In this document: piece by piece, positions 20,685 to 31,668 of the stretch
Numbering within the stretch: the stretch's first letter is position 1
How the letters are laid out: the number at the start of each line of letters is the position of its first letter
Source of the DNA: an uncultured Bacilli bacterium
Lineage (GTDB): Bacteria > Bacillota_I > Bacilli_A > RF39 > UBA660
Direction: 5' to 3'
Assembly: GCA_947625505.1 (NCBI GenBank)
Contig: CANQON010000001.1
Span: 28,950-92,949 of the forward strand
Length of the DNA stretch: 64,000 nt
Position numbers and translations under genes: made by a program
The notes under the pieces: model-generated
The model's input: only the letters and a program-made list of their open reading frames with translations
The model's database searches: none
Told to the model about the DNA's origin: nothing

Positions 20685-23600
20685 ATGAATGCTAATTTAA
20701 AAAAATTATTTGATAAAATAGAACTTGAAGAAGAATACTATCAGTATTTTGATAATGCTAATTTAAAAAAAATATCATGTACCAAAGATAAAAATGAGTA
20801 TACTTTTATTGTTGAAATAGAAAAGACTTTACCTGTAGATGTTTATGCTCATCTTATTATGAAGATAAAACATGCTTATGATGATATTAGTAAGACTATT
20901 ATTGCTTTTAAGGCTAAAGAACAAGATTTATCTTTAGTACAAGCATATTATGAATATTTAATGTTACGCTATAGTTATAAATGTCCTATCTTAGAGACAT
21001 TTACGGATTATCATGCAACAATTGATAATCGTACTTTAACTATTGAAGTAAGTAATTTAGCTGAACAAAATAAAATATTAAGTATTGAAAAAAATATTAT
21101 TCTTGATTTTAAACGTATGGGGTATGATGTCGCTTCTTTAGATACTAAGATGGTGGAAACAGAATCTGTTATTGAAGCTGTAGATGAAGTCGTTGTACCT
21201 AAAGAGCGTTTAGAGAAAAAAGATGAAGTACCTGTTGAAGATAAAAAAGAATTTTTTAAGAAAAATTATAAACCAAAACCGATTGAAACAGAAGATCATC
21301 CTGATGCTGTTTTAGGACGTATTATAGATACATTTCCTGTTAGATTAGATTCAATTACAGGACCTACTAATGGTGTTACTATTGAAGGAGAACTATTTGG
21401 TATTGATGTTCGAGAAACGAAAACAGATCTTGTTATATATACTTTAAAAATAACTGATTATACCGATAGTATCTTTGGTAAAATATTCGTTAATGGTGAA
21501 GAAGAAAATAAAAGAATATCTAAATTATTAAAGACAGGTAATTGGTATAAATTTAGAGGTAATGTAAAAGAAGATAAATATTCTAATGAAGATGTCTTAA
21601 GTTTAACCGATATAAATAAAACAGTTCATGAAAAAGAACAGATAATTGATGATGCACCTATTAAAAGAGTAGAACTTCATGCTCATACCATGATGAGTCA
21701 AATGGATGGTTTAACTAAATTAGACTTAGGTAAACATACTTGTGAGCTTGTATCACGTACGATTGATATGGGATATCGTGGCGTCGCTATTACCGATCAT
21801 AATGGTTGTCAAGCCTTCCCAATCGCTTATGGTATTATTAATTCTTATAATAAAGGGATTCGTAAATCTTTAAAAGGTAAAAAAGAAGAATTAGAAGGAA
21901 AACTAAATGATCCTGAATGTACGGAAGATAAAGAAGTATTACAAAAAGAATTAGATAAAGTATTAGAAGATATTAAGAATCCTCCTATCTTTAAAGGATT
22001 ATATGGAACAGAATTAACTTTAGTTGATGATACTGTTAATATTGTATATCGACCTAGTGATGAACCTTTAATGGCCTCTACCTATGTTGTTTTCGATACC
22101 GAAACAACAGGATTTAATGCTGCAGGCGATGACCAAATGATTGAAATAGGCGCTGTTAAAATATGTGAAGGCAATATTGTTGATCGTTTTGATGAATTAA
22201 TAGATCCTAAAAGACCAATACCTAAAAAGATTACCGATTTAACATGTATTACTGATGATATGGTAAAAGGTAAAGATGATGAAGAAACAGTTACAAAACG
22301 TTTCTTAGAGTGGACTGGTAATTTACCTATGGTAGCGCATAATGCTAAATTCGATATTTCTTTTGTTGAAATGGCAATGCGTAAATATGGCTTAGGGGAA
22401 TTTACCAATACTGTTATTGATACATTAGAATTATCGCGTACTTTAGATCAAGGTTATGCACGTCATAGCTTATCAGCTTTAGTAAAAAGATATAATGTTG
22501 AGTGGGATGAAGATGCTCATCACCGTGCTGATTATGATGCCGAAGGAACAGCTAATGTCTTCCATAAAATGTTACAAAAATTAGTTAGCCAAAACTTTAA
22601 AGTTATTAGTGATTTAGATCGTTTAATATCTAAAGATGAAATATATAAATTTGGACGTACTTTTCACTTTAATGCGATTGCGCTTAATAAGAAAGGATTA
22701 CAAAATTTATTTAAAATTATTTCTTTAGCTAATACTATCTATTTATATAAAACCCCTAGAATCTTACGTAGTAAATTAAATGAATTAAGAGAAGGATTAT
22801 TAATAGGTAGTAGTTGTTACGAATCCGAAGTATTTATCGAAGCTCGCAGTAAAGAAGGAGAAGAATTAACCAATATTATTAACTTCTATGATTATGTCGA
22901 AGTACAACCTCCAGAAGTATATAATCATTTAATTCAAACTAATGATTTTGCTGATGAACACGAACTTGAAAATCATATTCGTAAAGTCGTTGATGCTACT
23001 AAAGAAGCAGGTAAAATTATTGTTGCGACAGGTGACGTTCATCACTTTGAACGTGGAGATAAAATCTATCGTGAAATAATTATTAATCAAAAAGTACCTG
23101 GAGGAGGAAGACATCCTTTAGCTAAATCATCTATAACTAATATTCCATCACAACATTATCGAACAACGCGTGAAATGTTAGATGATTTTGAATTCTTAGG
23201 TGATGATTTAGCTTATGAAATTGTTGTTACTAATACGAATAAAGTATTGGATATGGTAGATGAGATTGAAGTAATTATTGATACAGGAGGAGTACCTTTC
23301 TCACCACGTGTTAAAAGTGATGATGGAAAAAGCTATCTAGACTGTCCAAGAGTAGTAACTGACTTAGTATATGATAAAGCAGCTTCTTGGTATGGAGATC
23401 CTTTACCTCATAATATTGAAGAACGTATCGCTAAAGAATTATATGGTGATATTGTTTATAAAACATGGAAAGAAATAATTCAAAAAGAAGATCCTGATAT
23501 AAGTGATGAAGAACTAGAAAATCAAACGTTTGCTAAACTCCATGAAACCGTTGTTAAAGGCTTTGATGCTGTTAAAGAATTATTGAGTAATCACTTTAAA

Positions 23601-25457
23601 GATAATTGGAAAGAAGAAGATGGTGAATGTACTGATGAAGCCTTAAAGAAAAAGGTTGCTAAAGAACTAGGAGGTATCATCGGTGGAGGATTTGATCCTA
23701 TTTATTTAATTGCGCAACGTTTAGTTAAACACTCTAATGATGATGGCTATTTAGTAGGATCCCGTGGATCAGTTGGATCAAGTTTTGTTGCTACTATGAT
23801 GGGTATAACAGAAGTAAATCCTTTACCTGCTCATTATCGTTGTACAAAATGTTTAACAAGTATTTTTCAAGATGAAAATGGTAAAGAGTTAGGTGCTGAT
23901 TATTCAAGTGGTTTTGATTTACCTGATAAATTATGTCCTAAATGTGGAGAGCCTTTATATAAGGATGGACAAGATATGCCATTTGCGACTTTCTTAGGAT
24001 TTAATGCTGATAAAGTACCAGATATTGATCTTAACTTCTCTGATTTAAATCAAGCATCAGCTCATGAATATACAAAAGTATTATTTGGTGTTGATAATGT
24101 TTATCGTGCAGGTACAATAGGTACTGTAGCAGATAAGACTGCTTATGGTTTTGTAAAAGGGTATTGTGAAGATCATAATATAGTTATGCGTAGTGCGGAA
24201 ATAGAGCGTTTAGCGCTTGGTTGTACAGGTGTTAAAAGAACAACAGGACAACATCCTGGAGGTATAGTTGTAGTTCCTGATTATATGGATGTATCAGAAT
24301 TTACACCATTCCAATTCCCAGCTGATGATCCAACTAGTGCATGGCGTACAACTCACTTTGATTACCATGCTATCGATCAAGATTTATTAAAACTCGATAT
24401 ATTAGGACATTCTGATCCAACACAGTTACGTATGATACAAGATTTAACAGGAACAGATATTTTAAAAGTACCTATGGATGATAAAGATACAATGAGTATT
24501 TTTACATCTACTAAAGCTTTAGGAGTTACAACAGAACAAATTATGAATGAAACAGGTACATTAGGTATTCCTGAATTTGGTACACCATTTACCATTAGTA
24601 TGGTTGCCGAAACAAAACCTACTACTTTTGCTGAATTAGTTAAAATATCTGGTTTATCACATGGTACTGATGTATGGTTAGGTAATGCTCAAGAATTAAT
24701 TAAAAATAAAGTTGTACCTTTTAAAGAGGTTATTGGATGTCGTGATGATATCATGGTTTATCTTATGTATCATGGTGTTGAACCTATTAAAGCATTTAAG
24801 ATAATGGAATTTGTTCGTAAAGGAAAAGCTAGTAAAGAGCCTGATACTTGGGCACAACATAAAGAAACAATGGAAAAAGCAGGTATTGATAAATGGTTTA
24901 TTGATTCTTGTGGTAAGATTAAGTACATGTTCCCAAAAGCTCATGCGGCAGCATATGTTATGAGTGCTTTTAGAATTGCTTGGTATAAAGTTCATATGCC
25001 TGTTTATTTTTATGCATCATGGCTTACTAGTAAAGCTACGGATGTAGATGTTGAAACAATGATTAAAGGTTATGACGCTATTAAAGCTAAAATAATTGAA
25101 ATACAAAATAAAGGTTATGAAGCTACTAATAAAGAGATGGGAACTTTAGAAAGTTTAAAGGTATGTTTAGAAGCAACAGCTAGGGGGATTAAATTTTTAC
25201 CTGTTGATTTAGAACATAGTGATGCAACGGTATGGGGTGTAAGAGATGATACGTCGATATATCCTCCATTTGCGGCTATTGATGGACTTGGAGATACTGT
25301 TGCGAAAAATATTGTGGAAGAAAGAAATAAGTCACCATTCTTAAGTATTGAAAACTGTCAAAAACGTGCGAAAATTTCAGGAACTTTAATTGATAAGATG
25401 CGTTTAATGGGATTATTTGATGGTATGGAAGAGTCTAATCAAATGAGTTTATTTTAG
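20685..25457 (+). CDS. polC: DNA polymerase III PolC-type (Gram-positive replicative polymerase with inserted proofreading exonuclease)
   Basis: 1590 aa. The exonuclease motifs (VVFDTETTGF … HNAKFDISF … HRADYDA) are embedded in the PHP/pol domain. RBS AGAGGTGA precedes the ATG at 20685. Confidence 0.95.
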   Translation: MNANLKKLFDKIELEEEYYQYFDNANLKKISCTKDKNEYTFIVEIEKTLPVDVYAHLIMKIKHAYDDISKTIIAFKAKEQDLSLVQAYYEYLMLRYSYKCPILETFTDYHATIDNRTLTIEVSNLAEQNKILSIEKNIILDFKRMGYDVASLDTKMVETESVIEAVDEVVVPKERLEKKDEVPVEDKKEFFKKNYKPKPIETEDHPDAVLGRIIDTFPVRLDSITGPTNGVTIEGELFGIDVRETKTDLVIYTLKITDYTDSIFGKIFVNGEEENKRISKLLKTGNWYKFRGNVKEDKYSNEDVLSLTDINKTVHEKEQIIDDAPIKRVELHAHTMMSQMDGLTKLDLGKHTCELVSRTIDMGYRGVAITDHNGCQAFPIAYGIINSYNKGIRKSLKGKKEELEGKLNDPECTEDKEVLQKELDKVLEDIKNPPIFKGLYGTELTLVDDTVNIVYRPSDEPLMASTYVVFDTETTGFNAAGDDQMIEIGAVKICEGNIVDRFDELIDPKRPIPKKITDLTCITDDMVKGKDDEETVTKRFLEWTGNLPMVAHNAKFDISFVEMAMRKYGLGEFTNTVIDTLELSRTLDQGYARHSLSALVKRYNVEWDEDAHHRADYDAEGTANVFHKMLQKLVSQNFKVISDLDRLISKDEIYKFGRTFHFNAIALNKKGLQNLFKIISLANTIYLYKTPRILRSKLNELREGLLIGSSCYESEVFIEARSKEGEELTNIINFYDYVEVQPPEVYNHLIQTNDFADEHELENHIRKVVDATKEAGKIIVATGDVHHFERGDKIYREIIINQKVPGGGRHPLAKSSITNIPSQHYRTTREMLDDFEFLGDDLAYEIVVTNTNKVLDMVDEIEVIIDTGGVPFSPRVKSDDGKSYLDCPRVVTDLVYDKAASWYGDPLPHNIEERIAKELYGDIVYKTWKEIIQKEDPDISDEELENQTFAKLHETVVKGFDAVKELLSNHFKDNWKEEDGECTDEALKKKVAKELGGIIGGGFDPIYLIAQRLVKHSNDDGYLVGSRGSVGSSFVATMMGITEVNPLPAHYRCTKCLTSIFQDENGKELGADYSSGFDLPDKLCPKCGEPLYKDGQDMPFATFLGFNADKVPDIDLNFSDLNQASAHEYTKVLFGVDNVYRAGTIGTVADKTAYGFVKGYCEDHNIVMRSAEIERLALGCTGVKRTTGQHPGGIVVVPDYMDVSEFTPFQFPADDPTSAWRTTHFDYHAIDQDLLKLDILGHSDPTQLRMIQDLTGTDILKVPMDDKDTMSIFTSTKALGVTTEQIMNETGTLGIPEFGTPFTISMVAETKPTTFAELVKISGLSHGTDVWLGNAQELIKNKVVPFKEVIGCRDDIMVYLMYHGVEPIKAFKIMEFVRKGKASKEPDTWAQHKETMEKAGIDKWFIDSCGKIKYMFPKAHAAAYVMSAFRIAWYKVHMPVYFYASWLTSKATDVDVETMIKGYDAIKAKIIEIQNKGYEATNKEMGTLESLKVCLEATARGIKFLPVDLEHSDATVWGVRDDTSIYPPFAAIDGLGDTVAKNIVEERNKSPFLSIENCQKRAKISGTLIDKMRLMGLFDGMEESNQMSLF

Positions 25458-25483
25458 GAGAAATTTAATTTCTCCTTTTTTTT
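25457..25483 (+). terminator. intrinsic terminator after polC
   Basis: GGAGAAA-tttaa-TTTCTCC followed by T8. Confidence 0.8.
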
Positions 25484-25569
25484 GCGTGTCAAATTTTTGA
25501 TATGTGAGTGTAAAGTTAACAATTATTAATTGACATTAAATGGACGATGATATAAATTGATAATAGGAG

Positions 25570-25839
25570 ATGGTCAAAGTGAATAATACTTTAGTTGTAA
25601 AAAATGCTGATGGTAATGAATTAACAATCAATGTTATAGATATAGTTGAAGAAACGACAAATAATAAGCAATATATTTGTTATACCATTGGTGATATGCC
25701 TGATGTTTTAATTTCTAATTTAGTTGAAAATGATGAAAGCTATACTTTAGAAAAAGTAACTGAAGAAGAAAGAGCAGCTGTTGAAGCAATATTGAGTGAA
25801 GATGCAAGTGAAGCATCAGATGCTGTAGAGGAATCTTAG
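25570..25839 (+). CDS. DUF1292 family small acidic protein
   Basis: 89 aa. The pattern …DGNELTINVIDIVEE…KQYICYTI… is typical of Bacillota DUF1292 proteins. Confidence 0.55.
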   Translation: MVKVNNTLVVKNADGNELTINVIDIVEETTNNKQYICYTIGDMPDVLISNLVENDESYTLEKVTEEERAAVEAILSEDASEASDAVEES

Positions 25840-25855
25840 ATTGGTTGGTTAAATT

Positions 25856-27283
25856 ATGAATAATAATACAAGTGATTTAAGAAATTTTGTCGCTTTTTAC
25901 TCTGTATATAATGGTAGTGCTTATGAGGACTATGAAAAAATAGTTCATGATAATCTTTCTTTTGAAGAGAAAAAGACGGCAGTTAATAAACTTATTGAAG
26001 ATAAAATTATTCAACTGAAGACTTTATTAGATCAAGTAAATAAAATATCTAATTTAATAGGTAGTCGCTTGACTAATGATCTCCGAGTATGCATTAACTC
26101 TAATATTAATTTATTAGAAGCTATGGGAAGTGAATTAGGTAATCTAAAAGATGAAGCTGATATTGAGGCAGCTTTAGAGCATTTCACTTCATCATACAAA
26201 AATAGTTCTAACGAACTTGAAGGATATATTTCACAAGCTGATAAAAGCTTCCATGATGCATTATATTATGCGGTTAGGTATAAAGTTGCAACTATCGAAG
26301 AGTTAGAAAACTTTAGACAAATGGATGGCTTATCAGATGATGAAATAAAGATGATTGATGATACTATTCGTCAATTAAAAGAAGATGGTTTGGTGGAAGA
26401 AGGTCAAAAAAATGCTGAGCAAACTGCCGTAGAAGATGAAAAGGGGAAAGAATCTGAAACGATTGATCTTCCTCCACAGGAAACCGTTGTTGAAGAGACT
26501 GTTCAAGATAGTGCTTCTGAAGAAAATACTAAACCTTTAACTTTAGAAGAAAGAATTAATCAAATTCAGTATCAACCTGGAGTAAATTATGGTGATCAAG
26601 TATCAGAAGTAAGAATAGCTTTTGAAATAGAACAATTAAGCCCACAGATAGAGGCTTTAACAAAGAAGAAAGAAGAAAAGGGAAAACTAACTTTTAAAGA
26701 TGCTGTATTATTACAATCTCTTATAACACGTGTAGCAGAGTTAGAACAAATGTCATTTGAATTACAACATAAAGATATGAAACGTGAAGAGCAAATGACT
26801 AAAACTAATGAAAAAATGGATGACACATCTAAAGGAATTACAACAGAACAAGAGAAAAGAGAACAATATCAGAGTAAGTTATTTAAATATGTTTCTTCAC
26901 GTAAAGAACAAAAGCTTCAAGCTAAATTAGAAAAGTTACGTTCTAAAATGGCTGTTATTCAAGATAGTCAAAGAAAATCTATTATGGTAGAATTTGATAA
27001 GTTAAATCAAAAATTGATTAAAACTTCAATGAAGAAAGCTAAAAAACAAGTTAGAAAAGAACGTTTAGATGAAAAAATAGAGCAATTAAGAGCTTTAAAA
27101 GATAGTGTAGTTAAGGAAGTACAAAACATTCAAAGTGATGCTAAGTTAAGACGTGTGCCTACTCCTCAATTAGAAGAAAGAGTAGAAAGAATGCGTCAAA
27201 AACCTGTTCAGTTATTAGGAGCAAGCAATGTTATTTATTTACCAGCTCCTGTCGAAGAAGAAGCTTTACAAATGGCAGCATAA
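25856..27283 (+). CDS. hypothetical coiled-coil protein, 475 aa
   Basis: A long K/E-rich region with heptad periodicity is present. No catalytic motif was recognised. Confidence 0.5.
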   Translation: MNNNTSDLRNFVAFYSVYNGSAYEDYEKIVHDNLSFEEKKTAVNKLIEDKIIQLKTLLDQVNKISNLIGSRLTNDLRVCINSNINLLEAMGSELGNLKDEADIEAALEHFTSSYKNSSNELEGYISQADKSFHDALYYAVRYKVATIEELENFRQMDGLSDDEIKMIDDTIRQLKEDGLVEEGQKNAEQTAVEDEKGKESETIDLPPQETVVEETVQDSASEENTKPLTLEERINQIQYQPGVNYGDQVSEVRIAFEIEQLSPQIEALTKKKEEKGKLTFKDAVLLQSLITRVAELEQMSFELQHKDMKREEQMTKTNEKMDDTSKGITTEQEKREQYQSKLFKYVSSRKEQKLQAKLEKLRSKMAVIQDSQRKSIMVEFDKLNQKLIKTSMKKAKKQVRKERLDEKIEQLRALKDSVVKEVQNIQSDAKLRRVPTPQLEERVERMRQKPVQLLGASNVIYLPAPVEEEALQMAA

Positions 27284-27284
27284 C

Positions 27285-27316
27285 AAAAAAGTCTATACAT
27301 GAGTATAGACTTTTTA
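27285..27316. terminator. bidirectional intrinsic terminator
   Basis: GTCTATAC-atga-GTATAGAC is flanked by an A6 run upstream and a T5 run downstream, between convergent genes. Confidence 0.75.
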
Positions 27317-27330
27317 TTAATTAAAATAAA

Positions 27331-27513
27331 TTAAGCAGCTTTACGATCAAGCTTTGATAATGTTCTTTTTTCTCTTGCACTAGTTAAAAATTTAGTTCCA
27401 TCAGCCATAGTTACAGATACTAAGTTAACTTTTTGTTGATGCTTAGTAGCGCGGCATGAATGTGATCTTCTATTTCCAGCAAGTGGCTTTTTACTTGTTA
27501 CTTTTGTTGCCAT
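27331..27513 (-). CDS. rpmB: 50S ribosomal protein L28
   Basis: 60 aa. MATKVTSKKPLAGNRRSHS…KVNL…VSAREKRTLSK aligns with L28 (…TGK.P..GNNRSHA.N.TKR…NL…). Confidence 0.75.
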   Translation of the reverse strand: MATKVTSKKPLAGNRRSHSCRATKHQQKVNLVSVTMADGTKFLTSAREKRTLSKLDRKAA

Positions 27514-27597
27514 AATTAACCTCCATTCAAAGTTTTTTTCTTCCTATGCCATATGATTTTAACATATTTATAATTGAAAGTCAAATATTTTAGGGGA

Positions 27598-28008
27598 TTA
27601 AGAACACCAAAAAATATCATCTTTATCTAGTGAGTTTATAAATTCGTTTAACTCAAGAGACTCATTCATACTGACAGTATAAGTTTTATCATTTTCAATA
27701 ACAACTTGATAGTTCATAAAATGTTCTTCATCCATAGGATATTCTTTTATCTTAGTAATTAAATTATCGATATCATAGTTATATTTACCTTTATGAATTA
27801 AAGGATTTTCATGCTCTGTGTATGCGCCTTTAATAACTTCATAAGTATTATTATCATATACAACTAAAGCATTGGAAAAACAATTTCTAGATACATCCGT
27901 AATTGTCATTACTTTATTATGTTCTTCTTTATTTAAAAAGTAATATCCTGCTAAGATTAAAGCTAAAATAACAATGATTGTTACAGCGCTAATTAAGTAT
28001 TTTTTCAT
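27598..28008 (-). CDS. hypothetical membrane-anchored protein
   Basis: An N-terminal TM anchor is followed by a 110-aa extracytoplasmic domain. Confidence 0.5.
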   Translation of the reverse strand: MKKYLISAVTIIVILALILAGYYFLNKEEHNKVMTITDVSRNCFSNALVVYDNNTYEVIKGAYTEHENPLIHKGKYNYDIDNLITKIKEYPMDEEHFMNYQVVIENDKTYTVSMNESLELNEFINSLDKDDIFWCS

Positions 28009-28107
28009 TCTATCACCAACATAATTATAAAATAATTTTTTTAAGGGCGCAATGAATATTTAAAAAGTTAATAAAATATTGTAAAATAATGATAAGGAGG
28101 GTTAATA

Positions 28108-31035
28108 ATGAAGTATGTTCCACTTTATATTAAAACTGATAATTCATTTCAGCAATCATTAATAAAAATAGAAGATTTAATAACTAAAGCTTTAGAATAT
28201 AACATTACAGCCCTTACCATTACTGATAACAATATGTATGGTGTAATGGATTTTTATCATGCCTGTAAAAAGAATAATATTAAACCTATCGTAGGTTTAG
28301 AAGTAAAATATAAAGATGTTAATATTATCTTATATTGTATAAATTATAAAGGTTATCAAAATCTTATTAAGTTGAGTACATTATTATCAGAAAAAGAGAT
28401 TACTTTAAATGATTTAGAGAAGTATTCTAGTGCTTTAATATTATTAGTACCTTATGATTCTGCAAGTGTTTATAATGAGATTAAAGGATTATATAAATAT
28501 ATATATAAGACATATAAAAATAAAGAAGAAAAAGAACATATTGATGGAGAAGCATTATATATGAAAGAAACATTATATCTTAATAAAGAAGATAGTGTTT
28601 ACATGAAATATTTAGTAGCTCTTGAAGAGGGTACTACTTTAGATAATGTTAGTACTAATAAATTAGATAACTATTTACATAACTATGATGAGGTAAAAGA
28701 ATTAGATAATAGTGATATAAATAGTCTTATATATGATTTATGTAATTTAGAAATAACTTTTCATCAAAATTTAATGCCTATATATAAAAATGATGAAGGT
28801 ATCGATAGCTATTCTTATCTAAAGAAAAAATGTATTGAGGGAATTAAAAAGCGTTTTGGTAGTGAGATAGGTAGTAAATATCAAGAAAGATTAAAATATG
28901 AATTAGATGTAATAAATAAAATGGGCTTTTGTGATTACTTTTTAATTGTTTATGACTACATTAAGTATGCTAAAGAACATAATATTATTGTAGGTCCTGG
29001 AAGGGGTAGTGCGGTAGGATCTTTAGTTGCTTATGTTTTAGGTATTACTGATATTGATCCTTTAAAATATAATTTATTATTTGAAAGGTTTTTAAATGTT
29101 GAACGTATTAGTATGCCTGATATTGATGTTGACTTTGAACATAGTAAACGTGAAGAAGTTATTAATTATTGTAAAGAAAAATATGGTATGAAAGCTGTTG
29201 CACCTATTATTGCTTTTGGTACGTTAGGAGCAAGACAAGTAATACGTGATATAGCACGCGCTATGGATTTAGATTTACCTATTGTTGATAGTTTATGCAA
29301 ATTATTAGACGCTAAAAAATCATTAAAAGAAAATTTAATTAATCCTAAGGTTAGAGCTTATCTTGAACGTTATGATAATTTAGATACTTTATATGAAGTG
29401 GCAACTAAGTTTGAAGGATTAAAACGTCATACAACTATTCATGCTGCAGGAATAGTTATGTCACGCTATGATTTAGATGAAGTAATACCATTAGATAAAA
29501 GTCATGAAGACTTTTATGTTAGTGGTTATGATATGACTTATTTAGAAGAGATAGGTTTACTTAAAATGGACTTTTTAGCTATTAAGTATTTAACAATTAT
29601 TCATGAAATAATTGATGATATTAATAAGACTTATCATACAAATATAACGTTTGATAATATTCCTTTTAATGATCCTAAAGCTTTAAAGATATTTGAAGAC
29701 GCTAATACTTTAGGTATCTTTCAATTTGAATCTGATGGAATGATTAATTTCTTAAAAAGATTAAAAGCTAATTCTTTTAATGATATATGTGCTGCTATTG
29801 CGTTATATCGTCCTGGACCTATGCAAAATATTCCTTTATATATTAAAAGAAAGAATGATAAAGAAAAGATTGATTACTATAATGAAGCTTTAGAGCCTAT
29901 CTTAAAAGATACTTATGGTATTATGATATATCAAGAACAAATTATGCAAATAGCTAATGTTTTAGCTGATTACTCCTTAGGTGAAGCTGATATTTTAAGA
30001 AAAGCTATGAGTAAGAAAAAGAAAGATTTATTACTACAAGAAGAAAAACGTTTTAAAGAACGTGGATTAAAAAAAGGATATAGTGAACAATTATTAGATA
30101 AGATTTATGCTATGATGTTAAAGTTTGCTGAATATGGATTTAATAAATCCCACTCTGTTGGCTATTCCTTGGTATCATATCGTATGGCTTATTTAAAAGC
30201 ATATTATCCTGAAATCTTTATATCTAATTTATTATCAACTGAGATGAATGATGATACTAAATGTAAGAAATATATGTATGAATGTAAAAAGATGCATATT
30301 AATATTTTAAAGCCTGATATTAATAAAAGTTCTACGAAATACATTAAAGAAGATAAAGGAATTAGATATCCTTTAACTAGTATTAAAAATGTAGGAATAA
30401 ATGCTGTTAATACTATTGTTGAAGAAAGAGCTTTAGGAATATTTACAAGTATCTTTGATTTTATTAAAAGATGCTATGGAAAAGTTATTAATCGTAAAGT
30501 TTTAGAATCACTTATTTATGCAGGTGTCTTTAGTTCTTTTAAATATAATATTGCTACTTTAATCCATAATTTAGATGCTATTATTAATTATGGAGAATTA
30601 ATTAAGGATTTAGATGAAGAGTTTGCTTTAAAACCTGATATTGAAGTTATCGATGAATATGATACGAAAATTCTTATGGAAAAAGAATTAGAACTATTTG
30701 GTTTATACTTAAGTAATCATCCTGTAACGGATTTAAAAGGTAAATATCCACAAACAATATCTTTATCTGATATTGAAGAATATTTTGACAAAAATATAGA
30801 TGCGATTGTATGCGTTGATAGTATTAAAGAAATTAATACTAAAAATGGAGATAAAATGGGATTTATTATTGGTAGTGATGAATCATCAAATATCGATATT
30901 ACTTTATTCCCTAAAATATTTAAAAGTATTCCTCATATTGAAAAAGGAGATATTATATGTGTTAAAGGACATGTTGAGAAAAGGTTTGATAAGTATCAGA
31001 TTGTTTGTTCTAAAATTATTAAATTAAAACAATAA
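28108..31035 (+). CDS. dnaE: DNA polymerase III alpha subunit, DnaE-type
   Basis: RBS AAGGAGGG precedes the ATG. The N-terminal PHP domain is followed by the pol III alpha core (GPGRGSAVGSLVAYVLGITDIDP, FERFLNVERISMPDIDVDF). Length is 975 aa. Confidence 0.9.
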   Translation: MKYVPLYIKTDNSFQQSLIKIEDLITKALEYNITALTITDNNMYGVMDFYHACKKNNIKPIVGLEVKYKDVNIILYCINYKGYQNLIKLSTLLSEKEITLNDLEKYSSALILLVPYDSASVYNEIKGLYKYIYKTYKNKEEKEHIDGEALYMKETLYLNKEDSVYMKYLVALEEGTTLDNVSTNKLDNYLHNYDEVKELDNSDINSLIYDLCNLEITFHQNLMPIYKNDEGIDSYSYLKKKCIEGIKKRFGSEIGSKYQERLKYELDVINKMGFCDYFLIVYDYIKYAKEHNIIVGPGRGSAVGSLVAYVLGITDIDPLKYNLLFERFLNVERISMPDIDVDFEHSKREEVINYCKEKYGMKAVAPIIAFGTLGARQVIRDIARAMDLDLPIVDSLCKLLDAKKSLKENLINPKVRAYLERYDNLDTLYEVATKFEGLKRHTTIHAAGIVMSRYDLDEVIPLDKSHEDFYVSGYDMTYLEEIGLLKMDFLAIKYLTIIHEIIDDINKTYHTNITFDNIPFNDPKALKIFEDANTLGIFQFESDGMINFLKRLKANSFNDICAAIALYRPGPMQNIPLYIKRKNDKEKIDYYNEALEPILKDTYGIMIYQEQIMQIANVLADYSLGEADILRKAMSKKKKDLLLQEEKRFKERGLKKGYSEQLLDKIYAMMLKFAEYGFNKSHSVGYSLVSYRMAYLKAYYPEIFISNLLSTEMNDDTKCKKYMYECKKMHINILKPDINKSSTKYIKEDKGIRYPLTSIKNVGINAVNTIVEERALGIFTSIFDFIKRCYGKVINRKVLESLIYAGVFSSFKYNIATLIHNLDAIINYGELIKDLDEEFALKPDIEVIDEYDTKILMEKELELFGLYLSNHPVTDLKGKYPQTISLSDIEEYFDKNIDAIVCVDSIKEINTKNGDKMGFIIGSDESSNIDITLFPKIFKSIPHIEKGDIICVKGHVEKRFDKYQIVCSKIIKLKQ

Positions 31036-31036
31036 A

Positions 31037-31063
31037 AGAAGATTATGCAAATAATCTTTTTCT
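31037..31063 (+). terminator. intrinsic terminator after dnaE
   Basis: AAGATTAT-gcaa-ATAATCTT followed by TTTTT. Confidence 0.7.
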
Positions 31064-31153
31064 CGTTAATTTTGTCTTTTTAAAATACTTTTCTTTTTTT
31101 GATAAATATGTTAGAATTAAGTATAGTGATAATTATACTAAGGAGGAAATAAA

Positions 31154-31570
31154 ATGGGTTTCATGAAAAAAATATTTGATGGAGATGAAAAGACAGATAT
31201 CTTCAGTGACGATGAAAATCAATTTTATGAAATGGATACAAAAGAATTAGAAGAAATGGCTTCTCAACCAGGTGGCTCTAAGATGATATTACTTGAACCT
31301 AGAGCATTCTCTGAATCACAACAAATAGCTGATCATTTAAAGAAGAGAAATACCGTTGTAATCAACTTACGTAGAGTTACATCAGATCAAGCCAAAAGAA
31401 TTATTGACTTTGTTAGTGGATCTGTTTATGCCTTAAAAGGACATATAGAAAAAATAGGTAGTGGCATTTTCTTATGTACTCCTAATAATGTTAATATTCA
31501 AGGTAAAATAACTTCTGAGAAAGAAGCTAAAGAAGTATATAATAATGATGACATTGATATTGATTGGTAA
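31154..31570 (+). CDS. sepF: cell division protein SepF
   Basis: …[66 protein letters not shown]… is a strong match to the SepF core. Confidence 0.85.
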   Translation: MGFMKKIFDGDEKTDIFSDDENQFYEMDTKELEEMASQPGGSKMILLEPRAFSESQQIADHLKKRNTVVINLRRVTSDQAKRIIDFVSGSVYALKGHIEKIGSGIFLCTPNNVNIQGKITSEKEAKEVYNNDDIDIDW

Positions 31571-31596
31571 AGTATTGAATTTATAAAAAAGTTATG
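31566..31596 (+). promoter_or_regulatory. sigma-A-type promoter (TTGAAT, 17-nt spacer, TACAAT with upstream TG)
   Basis: TTGAATttataaaaaagttatgtTACAAT lies upstream of divIVA. It is followed by the inverted repeat CCACGTAACG…CGTTATGTGG. Confidence 0.45.
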
Positions 31597-31668
31597 TTAC
31601 AATATATGCCACGTAACGAGATAACGTTATGTGGTTATTAGTATTTTAGTAAGCAATGTGGTGACTGT

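Noticed and set aside
30800-31027. 75-aa + strand ORF
   Set aside because: It is an alternative frame inside the C-terminus of dnaE.
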